A DNA stretch of 63,424 nucleotides, the filler included, from Octopus bimaculoides (Eukaryota): NCBI RefSeq assembly GCF_001194135.2. It is 8 parts of 8 records of this genome, joined end to end, with 100 filler letters (N's around TTAATTAATTAA, not from the genome) between each part and the next. Parts side by side here need not be neighbours in the genome. Positions count along the whole stretch, not along the records: positions 1 to 17,342 come from NC_069003.1; positions 17,443 to 31,139 come from NC_068985.1; 6 more parts are not named here. The stretch is one strand, 5' to 3'. This document shows, piece after piece, positions 11,266 to 23,809 of the stretch; the stretch's first letter is position 1, and every line of letters starts with the position of its first letter. The notes below the pieces were generated by a model. That model ran no database searches and had not been told where the DNA came from. It worked only from the letters and a program-made list of their open reading frames with translations. The translations under genes and the position numbers were made by a program.

Positions 11266-11293
11266 TACATTTGGAACTTAGAACCAATTTAAT

Positions 11294-11437
11294 TTACAGC
11301 TTTAACGATATTGCAGATTTGTGGCTCACTTTCTGCTTTTTGGCAGGATGTTTAGATGAAATATCATTGGACCTGACTTCATTTTGGAGTTGACTGAAGA
11401 ATGCAGCTGAAGAATTCACCCTTTTCTTATCTTTGGT
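11294..11437 (-). CDS. MPHOSPH10: U3 snoRNP protein MPP10, last coding exon
   Basis: ttttcag acceptor. TKDKKRVNSSAAFFSQLQNEVRSNDISSKHPAKKQKVSHKSAISLKL* matches the MPP10 C-terminal SSxxFFxxLQ...KL* motif. Confidence 0.9.
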   Translation of the reverse strand, partial: TKDKKRVNSSAAFFSQLQNEVRSNDISSKHPAKKQKVSHKSAISLKL

Positions 11438-11945
11438 CTGAAAAATTTTTTAAAAATAAGATGAGTGTTAGAATTAATGAAAGAATAAAGAATATTAAAA
11501 GAATATAAAAAAGAAAAGGAGAGAGGAAAGAGAAAGAATGAGACAAAGAATACAAGAGTCAAAATATGAATAAAGAGAAAATATCAGAAAGAAAAGAGAA
11601 AAGACAAAAGAAAGTGAGAGGAATAAAGAAAGAGAGAATCATCATCAACATCATCATCATTTAACATCTGTTTTCCATGCTGGCATGGGTTGGATGGTGA
11701 GAATTCTGCGTAAAAAAGTCAGAATGAATGAATAAGGATACAGAAAAAAAAACCAAAGAAATGTATAGAAGAGAAAAAGTAAAAAAAAGAATGAGAAAAG
11801 AAAAGAAAGATGAGATGAAGAAATCTGAAAGAAAAATCAAAAAGAAATAAAAATAAGAGTAAGGAGAGTGCCAAGCATCTGACATAGTGCTCTACTGATT
11901 CTGTGAAACACACCACCTTATGACTGTGAGCCCAGTACTCTAAAC

Positions 11946-12212
11946 CAGGGGTTTTCAAACTGTGGTCCGCAGACCACAGGGGGTCAGCAAATACTTTTTA
12001 TGGGCAATTTGATTTTATATATGTTTTTTAATTGAAATCTTTTAATTAACAATAAACCTATTTGTTAAATACTGTTGAATGAATAAATGTAAAAATATGT
12101 TATTTTAAGCAAATATTTATGTATAAATTTCATAAGCGTTTATAAGGGGGTCCCTAAGATAAAGCCTGAAATATAAAGGGGTCCCGCAAGTCAAAAAGTT
12201 TGAAAACCCCTG
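11946..12212. mobile_element. hAT (Charlie-like) MITE in the last MPP10 intron
   Basis: Perfect 16-bp TIRs caggggttttcaaact / agtttgaaaacccctg; TSD ctctaaac / ctctaaat. Confidence 0.9.
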
Positions 12213-12689
12213 CTCTAAATCACTTGTGACAGTTCTCGACACACTGTCTGAATAAAAGATGGGGTGGTCATAACTGGAAGGCCTTTGATAATAGGGGTTA
12301 AAAACAATAACAATCACTTGATCATTTTATCTTAATAAAAGAGGAAAAAAGTGTCTGAAATAAGTTGTTGCTCATAAGATTATCACAGTTTTGGGAATTA
12401 TAATACTACTAATAACAATAATTATAATCATCATCATCATCATTTCAACATCCACTTTTCCCTGTTTGCATGAGTCAGATGGGATTCATTGAGGTGGGTT
12501 TTCTACAGTTGGATGCCTTTCCTGTCATCAACCCTCACTGTTTCCAACTAACAGTTCTTATTTTCAATAGAAGACTGGAAATGAACAACATCACTTGTAT
12601 GACAATAGTGATCATTTACAACTGTCACGCGATGTCAAAACAAGGAGAAACACACACAAACACAAACATGATAGACTTTTTTTTTTAGT

Positions 12690-12814
12690 TTCCATCAGCC
12701 AAATCCACTCACAAAGCTTTGGTTGACTCAGTGTAATAACAGAAGACACTTGCCTAAAGTGGGACTCAATACAAGACTACATAGTTGGGAAGCAAGCTTC
12801 TTAACCACATAGCC

Positions 12815-12815
<1 letters not shown>
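12690..12815 (-). mobile_element. SINE family A fragment
   Basis: Reverse complement of the head and body (aaatccactcacaaagctttggttg...gcttcttaaccacatagcc). Confidence 0.7.
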
Positions 12816-12851
<36 letters not shown>

Positions 12852-13716
12852 NNNNNNNNNNNNNNNNNNNNNNNNNNNNNNNNNNNNNNNNNNNNNNNNN
12901 NNNNNNNNNNNNNNNNNNNNNNNNNNNNNNNNNNNNNNNNNNNNNNNNNNNNNNNNNNNNNNNNNNNNNNNNNNNNNNNNNNNNNNNNNNNNNNNNNNNN
13001 NNNNNNNNNNNNNNNNNNNNNNNNNNNNNNNNNNNNNNNNNNNNNNNNNNNNNNNNNNNNNNNNNNNNNNNNNNNNNNNNNNNNNNNNNNNNNNNNNNNN
13101 NNNNNNNNNNNNNNNNNNNNNNNNNNNNNNNNNNNNNNNNNNNNNNNNNNNNNNNNNNNNNNNNNNNNNNNNNNNNNNNNNNNNNNNNNNNNNNNNNNNN
13201 NNNNNNNNNNNNNNNNNNNNNNNNNNNNNNNNNNNNNNNNNNNNNNNNNNNNNNNNNNNNNNNNNNNNNNNNNNNNNNNNNNNNNNNNNNNNNNNNNNNN
13301 NNNNNNNNNNNNNNNNNNNNNNNNNNNNNNNNNNNNNNNNNNNNNNNNNNNNNNNNNNNNNNNNNNNNNNNNNNNNNNNNNNNNNNNNNNNNNNNNNNNN
13401 NNNNNNNNNNNNNNNNNNNNNNNNNNNNNNNNNNNNNNNNNNNNNNNNNNNNNNNNNNNNNNNNNNNNNNNNNNNNNNNNNNNNNNNNNNNNNNNNNNNN
13501 NNNNNNNNNNNNNNNNNNNNNNNNNNNNNNNNNNNNNNNNNNNNNNNNNNNNNNNNNNNNNNNNNNNNNNNNNNNNNNNNNNNNNNNNNNNNNNNNNNNN
13601 NNNNNNNNNNNNNNNNNNNNNNNNNNNNNNNNNNNNNNNNNNNNNNNNNNNNNNNNNNNNNNNNNNNNNNNNNNNNNNNNNNNNNNNNNNNNNNNNNNNN
13701 NNNNNNNNNNNNNNNN

Positions 13717-13947
13717 AAAAATGTGGAAAAAAATCTTCCGAAATTCACTGAGTTCAAATATCACGCCAAACAATGTCGGAGACAATAACTCAACTGTTTG
13801 CAAAGTGAAATCAGGTGTTTTAACGAATATACTAACGAGATTTGGGTTCAAATATACATTTAAATAACAATGGGTACGCTCAGCCGGCTAAGTCTTATGA
13901 ACCAAAAAATTTTTCGGCCGGCTACGGCTGGGTTAGTAATGAAAGGG
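13717..13947. mobile_element. piggyBac-like element right end
   Basis: Ends gaaaggg followed by TTAA; the left part is in a gap. Confidence 0.45.
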
Positions 13948-14573
13948 TTAAATTGACCCTTCAATATATAACTTCCTAAATCTCTCTCTCTCTGCCTTCA
14001 TTCATCCTTAATTCTTCATGTGATTTTCTAAATGGAATCTCTTCTTAGCTACATATTTTTTGTACCATCTATCTAGATTAACCCTTGCTTGTTTGTGGTG
14101 TGCCAGCCCGTTCCCACCCCCACCATCAATACTAGATCTCTCTCTTCCTCTCTCTTCTCCCACCACCATTACCGGATATCTCTCTTCTCTCACCAGAAAA
14201 CCCCTCCCTCACTGGTGGTATACTCTATCATACCTGCAATTTCCTCTCCCTCTCTCTCCCCTGGGACAAATGCAACTAGTTTAGCTGCTCAACTACTTAA
14301 TCTAACATTGGCATATTGATCATCATCATCATCACCACCACCACCATCACGATCATTATCTTCTTCTCCTCCTCCTCCTCCTTTATCTATCTTTATTGAT
14401 TTACTTACTTATATCTGCAACTCCAGGAATGCTTAAATTTACGCTTTTCCAATGTCCATAATGCTTTTACTTACAGCACCGTTAACACCTACCCCTACCC
14501 CCAGTAGGGGCAACAATCTTAACACGCTTGAATGTTTGAATGATGACAAGTCGAAAGTGAGAACAGTCGTAGC

Positions 14574-15578
14574 ATGTCTATCAAACAAACACGGAAACCT
14601 TCTTTTCAGGCACTGAATAACATCCCCATCCCCCATGTTTCTTCCCACATTCCTTTCCCTGTTTTTAGAGTTGGCACAGTCTATGTAGGCACACTGAAAA
14701 GTAGGTCTAGTGAGATTGTAGAGATGCTTGAACAGAGATGCATTGATGTATGCTGCATACAAGAGGTAAGGTGGAGAGAAGCTTCAGCCAGGGTCCTCAC
14801 AGGCAAGACACATAGGTATAAAATCTTCTGGGAAGGTAACAATGACAGAGTAGTGGGTGTAGGCACACTCCTTGCAGAGAAATGGGTGGGTAAGGCCATG
14901 GAGGTAGTCAGGGTATGCAATAGGGTGCTGAATCTCAGGCTAGTCCTGCAGAATAGTATAGCTACAATTATCTCTGCCTATGCCCCACAAGTGGGCCTAC
15001 CAAACGATCAGAAGGACCACTTTTATGATATCCTTCTACAGGCTACCTCAAAGATGAGTGGCAATGACCTCATCTTTGCGGCAGGAGATTTTAATGGGCA
15101 TGTCAGACAGCAGTCCAGTATCTTCACAGGTGTTCACAGGGGCCATGGAATTGGTTCCCAAAATGAAGAGGGAACTAGGCTACTGGATTTCTGTGATGCA
15201 TGTAACCTATTAATCTGCAACACTAGCTTCAGGAAGCCAGACAGCCACCTGATAACATATCAATCAGGCGACTCTGCTAGCCAGATTGATTTCATCCTCA
15301 CCAGACAGCGAGATGCATGGTTGCTCTTAAATACAAAGACCCTCCCAGGTGAAGAATGTACCTCCCAGTATAGGTTAGTCATTAGTGACTTTAGGCTCGA
15401 GGCCAGAAGGATACCAAGAAGCAGATCAATCCAGAAAAGAAGGATTTGGAAGCTAAAGAACCCTTCACATGGTCAGAGATTTAGGAACATCCTCACTGAA
15501 AAATTTGATGAGAGGGAGGAGGAGCTACAGACCTCGTACATAGAGGGTAACTGGAAATTCCTATGGGACAGCTTAATA
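14574..15578 (+). pseudogene. RTE LINE apurinic-like endonuclease domain, 3'-truncated and probably inactive
   Basis: ORF has CIQEVRW, SAYAPQ, GDFNGHV, NEEGTRLLDF and SQIDFI. The usual TxNV and QHRLV sites read TVYV and QYRLV. No RT domain follows. Confidence 0.9.
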
Positions 15579-15784
15579 TTTATAAGTGTATGGGGGAGGT
15601 ATTTATTTATCAATATAATGAATAATGTCCCTTCATAGTAAAAAGGGGGTCAAACTTAAACATTCAATAAATAAAAACCCATAAAAAAAAAGGAGACTAA
15701 AATAAATACAGGGATTTTATGATTGAAGGCCCTGTCCCCATAGGGTCAAAGTCCAAAAACCTGTTAAAACAAAGCAATACCAAC

Positions 15785-16012
15785 CTTCAGAATTGTTATT
15801 CGTTTGCTCCCTTTACTCTGTTTTTCCAGTTTCCTTAATGCTACAGCTTTGGCAGTCTTTTCTGAATTTGGATTCAAGCTTTCTGTTGCTTTCTGTTGCT
15901 TTTCTTTCTCTTTCTGTTTCAATTTGTACAATTTTTTCTTCATTTTCCGCTGACGTTTCTTGTCAGCAGCTGAAAACTCTGATTTTCCCTTCAGGGTCGT
16001 TTGGAGAGGTTC
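15785..16012 (-). CDS. MPHOSPH10: MPP10 penultimate exon (228 nt, phase 0-0)
   Basis: Acceptor tttttcctag, donor aag/gttggt. EPLQTTLKGKSEFSAADKKRQRKMKKKLYKLKQKEKEKQQKATESLNPNSEKTAKAVALRKLEKQSKGSKRITILK corresponds to the MPP10 DKKRERRKKK...KEKEK region. Confidence 0.9.
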
Positions 16013-16654
16013 CTAGGAAAAAAAAAACAAAGAATCAAATAAATAAGAAAAATATAACTCAATTTTCCTTACTACCCAGAAGCATTTTACCTGTTTTCCA
16101 TCCTTCGTCCATTAATATTGCTCTCTCCACCCAGACTTTCATTGACTACAACCTCCTGCCATTAAGTCAACAACTATCCTCTCCCTCCACCATACATCCC
16201 TCATCCTCCTCATACACTATGCCTACCTCTCTCTTCTCTATTCATTTTTGCAACCTATTCAAAAATTATCCTACTCTTGTCCTTCTCCTGTCTACTATTT
16301 CATCATCATTATTCTATTTCTCAGCATAGTTAATCATCTCCTATTCACCCCCTGCCCATTGCTCTCTCACTCCACTCAATTACTTCCACTTTTTCTTCTA
16401 AACAGGAAGAAATCTGTTCTGCCCTGACCCCTTCTCTCATACTTTTACCCATCTTTTGCCTCCATTCTAGCATAAAGTCACTTCTCTTCTCCTAGCATAA
16501 AGTAACCTCCCTTCTCCTCGAAAAAAGTTGCCCCTCTTCTTCTAGCATAAAAAATTAAGTACTGGGGTCAATTTGTTTGACTAAAATTCTTCAAGATGGT
16601 GCCCCAGCATGGCCACAGAATAATGATTAAAACAAGGAGAAAAGACAAGATACC

Positions 16655-16900
16655 ATCATCATCATCATCATTTAACAGGTGTCTTTCACAATGGCATGGT
16701 TTAGGATTCAAAGAGTTGGAAGACTGCGTTAAGTCCTCATGTCCAATTTCACATGGCTTCTGTGACTGGACACGCTTTCTGATGCCAATCATTTTACAGA
16801 ATGTATTGGGTGCATTTTCTCATGGCACCAGCACTAGTGGAATTGCCATGTAACTCACAAGACTAACACACTCGAGTGGGAATTTAGTAGAGAGGGAGGT
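16655..16900 (-). mobile_element. Diverged RTE 3' UTR copy
   Basis: (CAT)n-ttaaca...ctggacacgctttctgatgccaatc...gtattgggtgcatttt pattern. Confidence 0.6.
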
Positions 16901-17291
16901 GGCTTTATACAAAGTTGTTTAGGCAAATGTGACAGAGAGGACAGGAACAGGTTTGTTGTTGTAAAGAAGATACATGGCTACCTTACATTACATAAAGGTA
17001 AGTGGGAGTAATTGGGCGGGGGAGGGCTGGAAAGAGAGAGATAGTGTGAAAGTGTACCTTAAGGTATAAGAAGATGAAGAGAGGGTATGAACAGAAAATC
17101 AAGAAGAGTGGGTGGTAAAGGCTGCCAGGGTGTGTGGCAGGAGGGAGTGATGGTTAGATGGGGGTAGAGGTGAAAGTCATGAATGGAGAAAGGGGTGGTT
17201 TATGGTAAATATGAGTCAGAGAAAAGTTATGTGATGTGAATGAGGGATGAATGTCAACAGAAGTGAAACAAACATGAAATAAATTACTTAC

Positions 17292-17342
17292 CAATAATTC
17301 TTTGGGCGCTGCCAGCTGTAGGTCACTGACTGATACAGGAGC
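17292..17342 (-). CDS. MPHOSPH10: MPP10 exon, partial (5' part lost at linker gap)
   Basis: APVSVSDLQLAAPKELL matches MPP10 VAPVSVSDAALLAPEEI; perfect gtaagt donor; in phase with the next exon. Confidence 0.9.
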
Positions 17343-17647
17343 NNNNNNNNNNNNNNNNNNNNNNNNNNNNNNNNNNNNNNNNNNNNTTAATTAATTAANN
17401 NNNNNNNNNNNNNNNNNNNNNNNNNNNNNNNNNNNNNNNNNNGAGAGAGAGAGAGAGAGAGGATTAGATAAATTCGTATTTATATACATAAGTACGTACA
17501 TGTTTATATACATAGATGTATATATATATATAAGTTTGAGGAGGGTATTGGATTTAACCAAACCCAAGTAAGTACTGTATACCGACTAGTTTTGCCCCAG
17601 TCGTTGTATGAACAGGATTGGGGATTATAAGTCGTGTATTAGTGTGT

Positions 17648-18293
17648 GTATATGTAAATATATAAAAATAAAAAGATAAAGAGAGCAATTGTAAGGTTGG
17701 AGAAGTATTTTATGGACAGAGACTAACAGTTGTTTCTGGGAAGATCCAGTACTTCCCTTCATCGGAGACAGAAAAAATAGAAAAAAATGAAGGAATCTAT
17801 TATTATATCCATAGGCGGATATTTTTAGTATGAAGTGGTATAGAGTGTGTTGCGCTGAAAAAGGAGAGAACAGTAGTTGACTTGACTTGGGCATTCTTCA
17901 AGTAAACAAGCAAAAACCATCGCAGTATGGCATATATTCACCTCTGCTATCTATGCTATATCTGCCTTTGCTCCAACATCTATTTCCGGATTATCCCCAC
18001 AAGGATTACTTTACACGGATTTTTACACGGATGATTACTACTGGAATGAAACTACACTTCAAGTACTGTTCTCTCCTTTTTTTTCAGCGCAACACACTCT
18101 ATAACACTTCATACTAAAAATATCCGCCTATGGATATAATAATAGATTCCTTTATTTTTTCTATTTTTTCTGTCTCCGATGAAGGGAAGTACTGGATCTT
18201 CCCAGAAACAGCTGTAAGACTCTATCCATAAAATACTTCTCCAACCTTACCATTGCTCTCTTTATCTTTTTATTTTTTATATATTTACATATA
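17648..18293 (+). mobile_element. Penelope-like remnant with inverted pseudo-LTR pair (about 235-bp arms, about 180-bp spacer)
   Basis: 17648-17880 is the reverse complement of about 18059-18293. Each arm carries a hammerhead motif. The spacer weakly resembles a GIY-YIG C-terminus (ILQVNKQKPS). Confidence 0.7.
18172..18220 (+). ncRNA. Minimal type-I hammerhead ribozyme motif (core CCGAUGA)
   Basis: GUCU CCGAUGA A GGGAAG UACUGGAU CUUCCC A GAAA C AGCU G UA/AGAC: stem I 4 bp, stem II 6 bp, palindromic ACAGCUGU stem III. Confidence 0.75.
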
Positions 18294-18872
18294 NNNNNNN
18301 NNNNNNNNNNNNNNNNNNNNNNNNNNNNNNNNNNNNNNNNNNNNNNNNNNNNNNNNNNNNNNNNNNNNNNNNNNNNNNNNNNNNNNNNNNNNNNNNNNNN
18401 NNNNNNNNNNNNNNNNNNNNNNNNNNNNNNNNNNNNNNNNNNNNNNNNNNNNNNNNNNNNNNNNNNNNNNNNNNNNNNNNNNNNNNNNNNNNNNNNNNNN
18501 NNNNNNNNNNNNNNNNNNNNNNNNNNNNNNNNNNNNNNNNNNNNNNNNNNNNNNNNNNNNNNNNNNNNNNNNNNNNNNNNNNNNNNNNNNNNNNNNNNNN
18601 NNNNNNNNNNNNNNNNNNNNNNNNNNNNNNNNNNNNNNNNNNNNNNNNNNNNNNNNNNNNNNNNNNNNNNNNNNNNNNNNNNNNNNNNNNNNNNNNNNNN
18701 NNNNNNNNNNNNNNNNNNNNNNNNNNNNNNNNNNNNNNNNNNNNNNNNNNNNNNNNNNNNNNNNNNNNNNNNNNNNNNNNNNNNNNNNNNNNNNNNNNNN
18801 NNNNNNNNNNNNNNNNNNNNNNNNNNNNNNNNNNNNNNNNNNNNNNNNNNNNNNNNNNNNNNNNNNNNNNNN

Positions 18873-18946
<74 letters not shown>

Positions 18947-19769
18947 GCATGCATATATGTCATGTTATGAATATGTTGTGTCTTCAGTCTGAAATTGCAT
19001 CAGTTAGTGTGGTATTTCAAACGATATGACTTTGTTTAAAGATATATTTACCGTAACGTATATTTTAATGTATATTGTATATATGTAAATGTGCAATCAC
19101 AGATATTATGAATGTTTATGTTAACTCTGTATCTATCACTAAAAACAGCTATTTAAAGAATTGTATAGTGTAATACATTATATTTCGTTTCGATTTTAGC
19201 TCATAAATTTGGCCCATATCTATTTTCTGATTGTTATTTCATGTGTAATTCTAGAAGTTTCTCTCGAATTTCTTTCAAATTCCTTGACGTAAAATGGCGT
19301 GTCTGCTTTTCTCTTTCACCCCGTCTCTGCTCTGTTTTCCAACCTTCTGCTACTCTCTCTCTCTCACTTTCTCTGTCTCTTTCTCTCCGTCTCACTCTGT
19401 ACATACATATATACATACACATACATACATACATACATACATACATACATACATACATACATTCATACATACATACATGCATACATCCATACATACAAAC
19501 TTACATGAATATGTATGCATATCAATTTGTATTAATGAATATATGTATGTGCATTTATGTCGCGATTAATTTTAGTAGGAATGATAGTTTTTTAAGAGCT
19601 CGTTTTTCCGTCGTGTTCTTTAAATTGTCCCAATTATACATTTGCGAACATATGCGTTGACAGTCAAAAGTATAGCGCAATATATTACACTATTTCAATA
19701 ACTCTATTCAAAAGCTTTTTTGCCTATTTGAAAAGCAGCAATGAACGTGTTATTATATAATTGTATCAG

Positions 19770-20170
19770 TGGCTGTGTGATAAGAAGCTTGCTTACCAAC
19801 CACATGATTCCATGTTCAATCCCGGTGGGTGGTACGTTGGGAAAGTGTCTTCTACTTTAGCCTCGGTTCGACGAAAGCCTTCTAAGTGGATTTCGTAGAC
19901 GAAAAGTGAAATAAGCCCTTCGAATATATATATATATATATATATATATGAATGTATGTGTTTGTGTCGCTACGTTTGTCGACTCCCCATCGCTTGCCAA
20001 CCGATGTTGGTTTGTTTACGTCCTTATAAGGTAGAAATTCGGCAAAGCAGACCGATATAATACATACTAGGCTTACAAAGAATAAGTCCTTGGGTCGATT
20101 TGTTCGACTAAAAGGCAATGTTCAGCGCTCCAGCAGAGCCATATTCAAATGAGTGAAACAAGTAAAAGAA
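19770..20170 (+). mobile_element. SINE family A (CpG-retaining copy)
   Basis: Full head-to-tail homology with 1658-2054. Confidence 0.85.
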
Positions 20171-20372
20171 TATGCAGCTTGGGATCCAAGGGCCCACAGC
20201 TATTTACTGCCTTGCCAAATTATCTGTGGGATCTCCGTGGAGAGGTGGGGTAGATCATTTTAAGAAATATAAATTGTAATCTACCAAATGTAAAAAAAAA
20301 AAAAAAACATCGAGGAAGTAGACAACAGGAGCAGAATCTGACGATACCCTGTCTTAAAGTACACACGAAAAT

Positions 20373-21325
20373 ATGGCGGGTGCCAGGTTCAAGCCGTTTT
20401 CAAGTATGGTACAGAACGAACGCAGATTAGTGGTCAGCAACAGCGTCAAATCAAGAGCAACAAAGAAAATGGAGCATCGGTTGATTCAATCCAATCAACG
20501 AGCACAGATGACAAGATGCTATGGAAATGTAATTGAGAGAAAACTAAGTAGGAATGAAATATGGAAGCGGATTGCATCACGTCCGAGTTTTCTGATTCGT
20601 TTATCCTACGATGCCTTGCCGTCGCCTACAAGCCTAATAAACTGAAACCCATTAGAAATTGATGAATGTAGATGTGAAAAAGTCGGAACACTGAAATATA
20701 TTCTTTCCAACTGTTCTATACTATTGGATTGATATACCTGGAGATAAAATCTACTCTTTAAGATCCCCGTTAATGCTACACAACAAACAAACAAATTACT
20801 CTTATCAAGAGCAAGAAAGAGTGCACGGAAAATCCAACTAGATATTTCATTTCCTTCTTTCATCTAGGACAGCAGATCCGTTTGAAGGAAAAAATTTCCT
20901 GTGAGCAATGAACAGTGGAACGTCTAAAGGGAGGTAAATGCAGGTTTATAAGGACGCCAAGGAATCTTCCATATTACATTTAGGAATAAAGCAAATATTA
21001 TCTAATGGTGCAAGAAGAAGTAAATAGTAAATCTAGTCGAGTTAACAGTTCCTTATTGAGATAACATGGACGCAGCTCCGATGAGAATGATAGAGAGTAA
21101 CAAAGGAGAGTAATAAAGACCTCTTTGAGGAAGGTGAAGACGCAGGCCGGAAACCAGAGCATCATCCATTCGAAGTTGGATGTAGAGGAGTCATTGAAAA
21201 TGTTGCAAGTCGATTGTTGTTGTCACAAGGCTTAAGTCATTCTAAATCACCACCACGAGCAGATATCAAGGCGACAGTGGAGAATGCAAACCACTGAATT
21301 TGATTAAAAAGAGACAACGAACAAT
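20373..21325 (+). pseudogene. Degenerate 3' part of an RLE-type non-LTR retrotransposon (R2/R4/HERO-like): zinc knuckle and restriction-like endonuclease
   Basis: RKLSRNEIWK..RPSFLIRLSYDALPSP..., CRCEKVGTLKYILSNC...YTWR, later VELTVPY and HPFEVGCRG motifs, with stops and frameshifts. Confidence 0.75.
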
Positions 21326-21609
21326 GCTTAGAAGAATATTGAGCTAACGCTTATAAACATACTATCTAACAAGTGGGGCCACATCTCAGTGAGGATTCCG
21401 ATACGTGATAATGTGTTTCAGAGATTAATGTCCTGAAACGGCATATATTCTCTGCTAATGACCCCATAGACTTCCTAGCATCCAGTATGCAATGTTTCCA
21501 CCAGGTAGCACTTTCATCTGCTAGGTGTTTCAACGTGAAATAAAGTGCCTCGCTGAAGGACACTTGTAAATGCAAGTGCAACCAGCTTAAGGTAGTACTT
21601 ATGAAATCA

Positions 21610-21715
21610 TCATATGTGTGTGTAAGGTCGTAAGTTCGCTTCATAGCAGCTCGTTGTTTCCTTGAGCAAGGCACTTTATTTCACATTACTCCAGTACACT
21701 GAACTGACAATAATG
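21610..21715 (+). mobile_element. SINE remnant
   Basis: tttccttgagcaaggcactttatttcacattactccag core-like motif. Confidence 0.45.
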
Positions 21716-22357
21716 AGATGTACCTGGAATTCAAAGGGCTGTTCTTGTCAGCCCTACCATACATATTAGTTTAGTCACCTGAATTATTTTCATAGGGAAT
21801 AATCAATCCAAAATCCATTTGTAGTTTATGCTATTTAATTTTTCCAGAGTGATCGGTTCGAGTGTTGGTTGTCATCAGACACTTTGATCAATGTGAAATG
21901 TTAAATTTCCAAATATATCCATTGTTACGACTACATTCTATACATAGATTCTGGAATCTAGGTTTTTTTTTCGTTTACAAGAAAATACCAAATAGATATA
22001 ACATATAAAATTAAAAATAAAGGCAATAAATGGAAGCTCATTTAGGTTATTAGTGCAAACCGCAAAGTTTCTAGCAGTAAGATGCCTGGTGAAATGGAGA
22101 TTACTAGATCAATTTTCGCCATATCAACTTGCATGAAATATTTGACATTCATTTAGCCATCAGCTGGATTTTGTATATCTCGCCGGTATTTCTCATAGTT
22201 CTATGCACGGAATAATTGCCAAATACCTCCCAAAGCGGCTGTTTGTAATTCCTATGTGACTCTATATTTCTCTTCCATTACTCTCATTTTCGCCTTTCCG
22301 TCAAATGTGTTTGCATGTATATATAAACATATACACACACACACACACATACATACA

Positions 22358-22405
<48 letters not shown>

Positions 22406-23003
22406 TTACCCTTTATCACTCAAGCGGAGGAAAATAACTAGATTTGAATATTTAGTAATCTTTAAAACATATGTAGCGGTTTGTGATTATATCTGCAAAT
22501 GAGCCCGCGTGTGCCTGGCTTTATGTGAATGTTAGTGTATGTACGCATTAAGTTTATGTCAAAGTACACTCACATACACGCAAGTGTATATACATACAAA
22601 CATACATCGATATTATAATCATGCATATGCAGATATATCTGTGTGCTTGTTTGTATTTGCATACCGACGTACTCTCATGCAATTTAACATATTTCTGGAC
22701 ACATTTAATAAGGCTGAGAAGCGTGTTATAGAACACTAATAATTCTAAATTTTCTACAAAAAAACAAGTTAGAATATGTAGTGCTCAAATTGCAATAATT
22801 AACTGATATTATTCCAGAATCAAACAAATGACATCACATTCAGAAACGGGAATTTATCTGCCCAGGAGGAGAATTCACTTTGCATTAACGACTTATCTCT
22901 CGATCGATTCAGTTGTTCCGTTGAAACTATGGATAATGACGCTCCAAATTGCTTTTACTTTCATTCAGAATTATAGGCACATATGCTGTATTCGCAAGCA
23001 AAA

Positions 23004-23043
<40 letters not shown>

Positions 23044-23809
23044 GAAATGTGTGTATGTGCGCTGGTTTGAAGGAACGGAATGAAAAGTACTTGGTACTAT
23101 ATTAGGCTGCACTAACATATTCGGTTAATGAGTAACTTGTATATCCGGAAATTTCCCGACGTGTGGGCGATTTTTAAAACAGCAAAGCAAATAAAAAAAA
23201 AAGAAATAAAAGAAACAAACTAAAAGTCTTAGATATTATGGGAAAACATCCCCCGTAATAGATCATGAATCAAAATACATATATATGAACTTGACGTACG
23301 ATAGTTATACTTTTTTTCGACTAATCATATCCAACACACGCAAGACCATTTGGAACTGCACCGAATATGTTTTGCAACATATCTTAAAGAAAACCCAAAC
23401 AAAATACCCCAACGGCTGTATGTAATTGTGAACTGATTAAAACTGGTTCATATTTTTTAGATATAGCAGCAATATTATTAACGATATCTATGCTAGAAAC
23501 CACATGATAGTGCGTTTGTATTGCTGTCACTCTCCATAAATCTATGAATATAAAAGAATAAATTCTTCTGATTTATTGACGTTGGTAGCTTACGAGCAGC
23601 ATAACAAATATTCAAAGACTTAGTTTGTGAGAGTCAGTTATAGAGTGTTATAGATTATTTTAATTTTAAACTATCATTAACATACATTTCATGAGCTGAT
23701 TTACAGTCTTTCTATACCAGATTCAAGGAGACAGTTGTCACAGCACTTTGAATAGACCGTATTAATCATCGCTTGTCATCGGTTACTAGTTTGCAGAATG
23801 GAGTCGGAT

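Noticed and set aside
22818-22976. Possible terminal exon NQTNDITFRNGN...FHSEL*
   Set aside because: 52 open codons after a weak acceptor is within chance in this window; no homology recognised.
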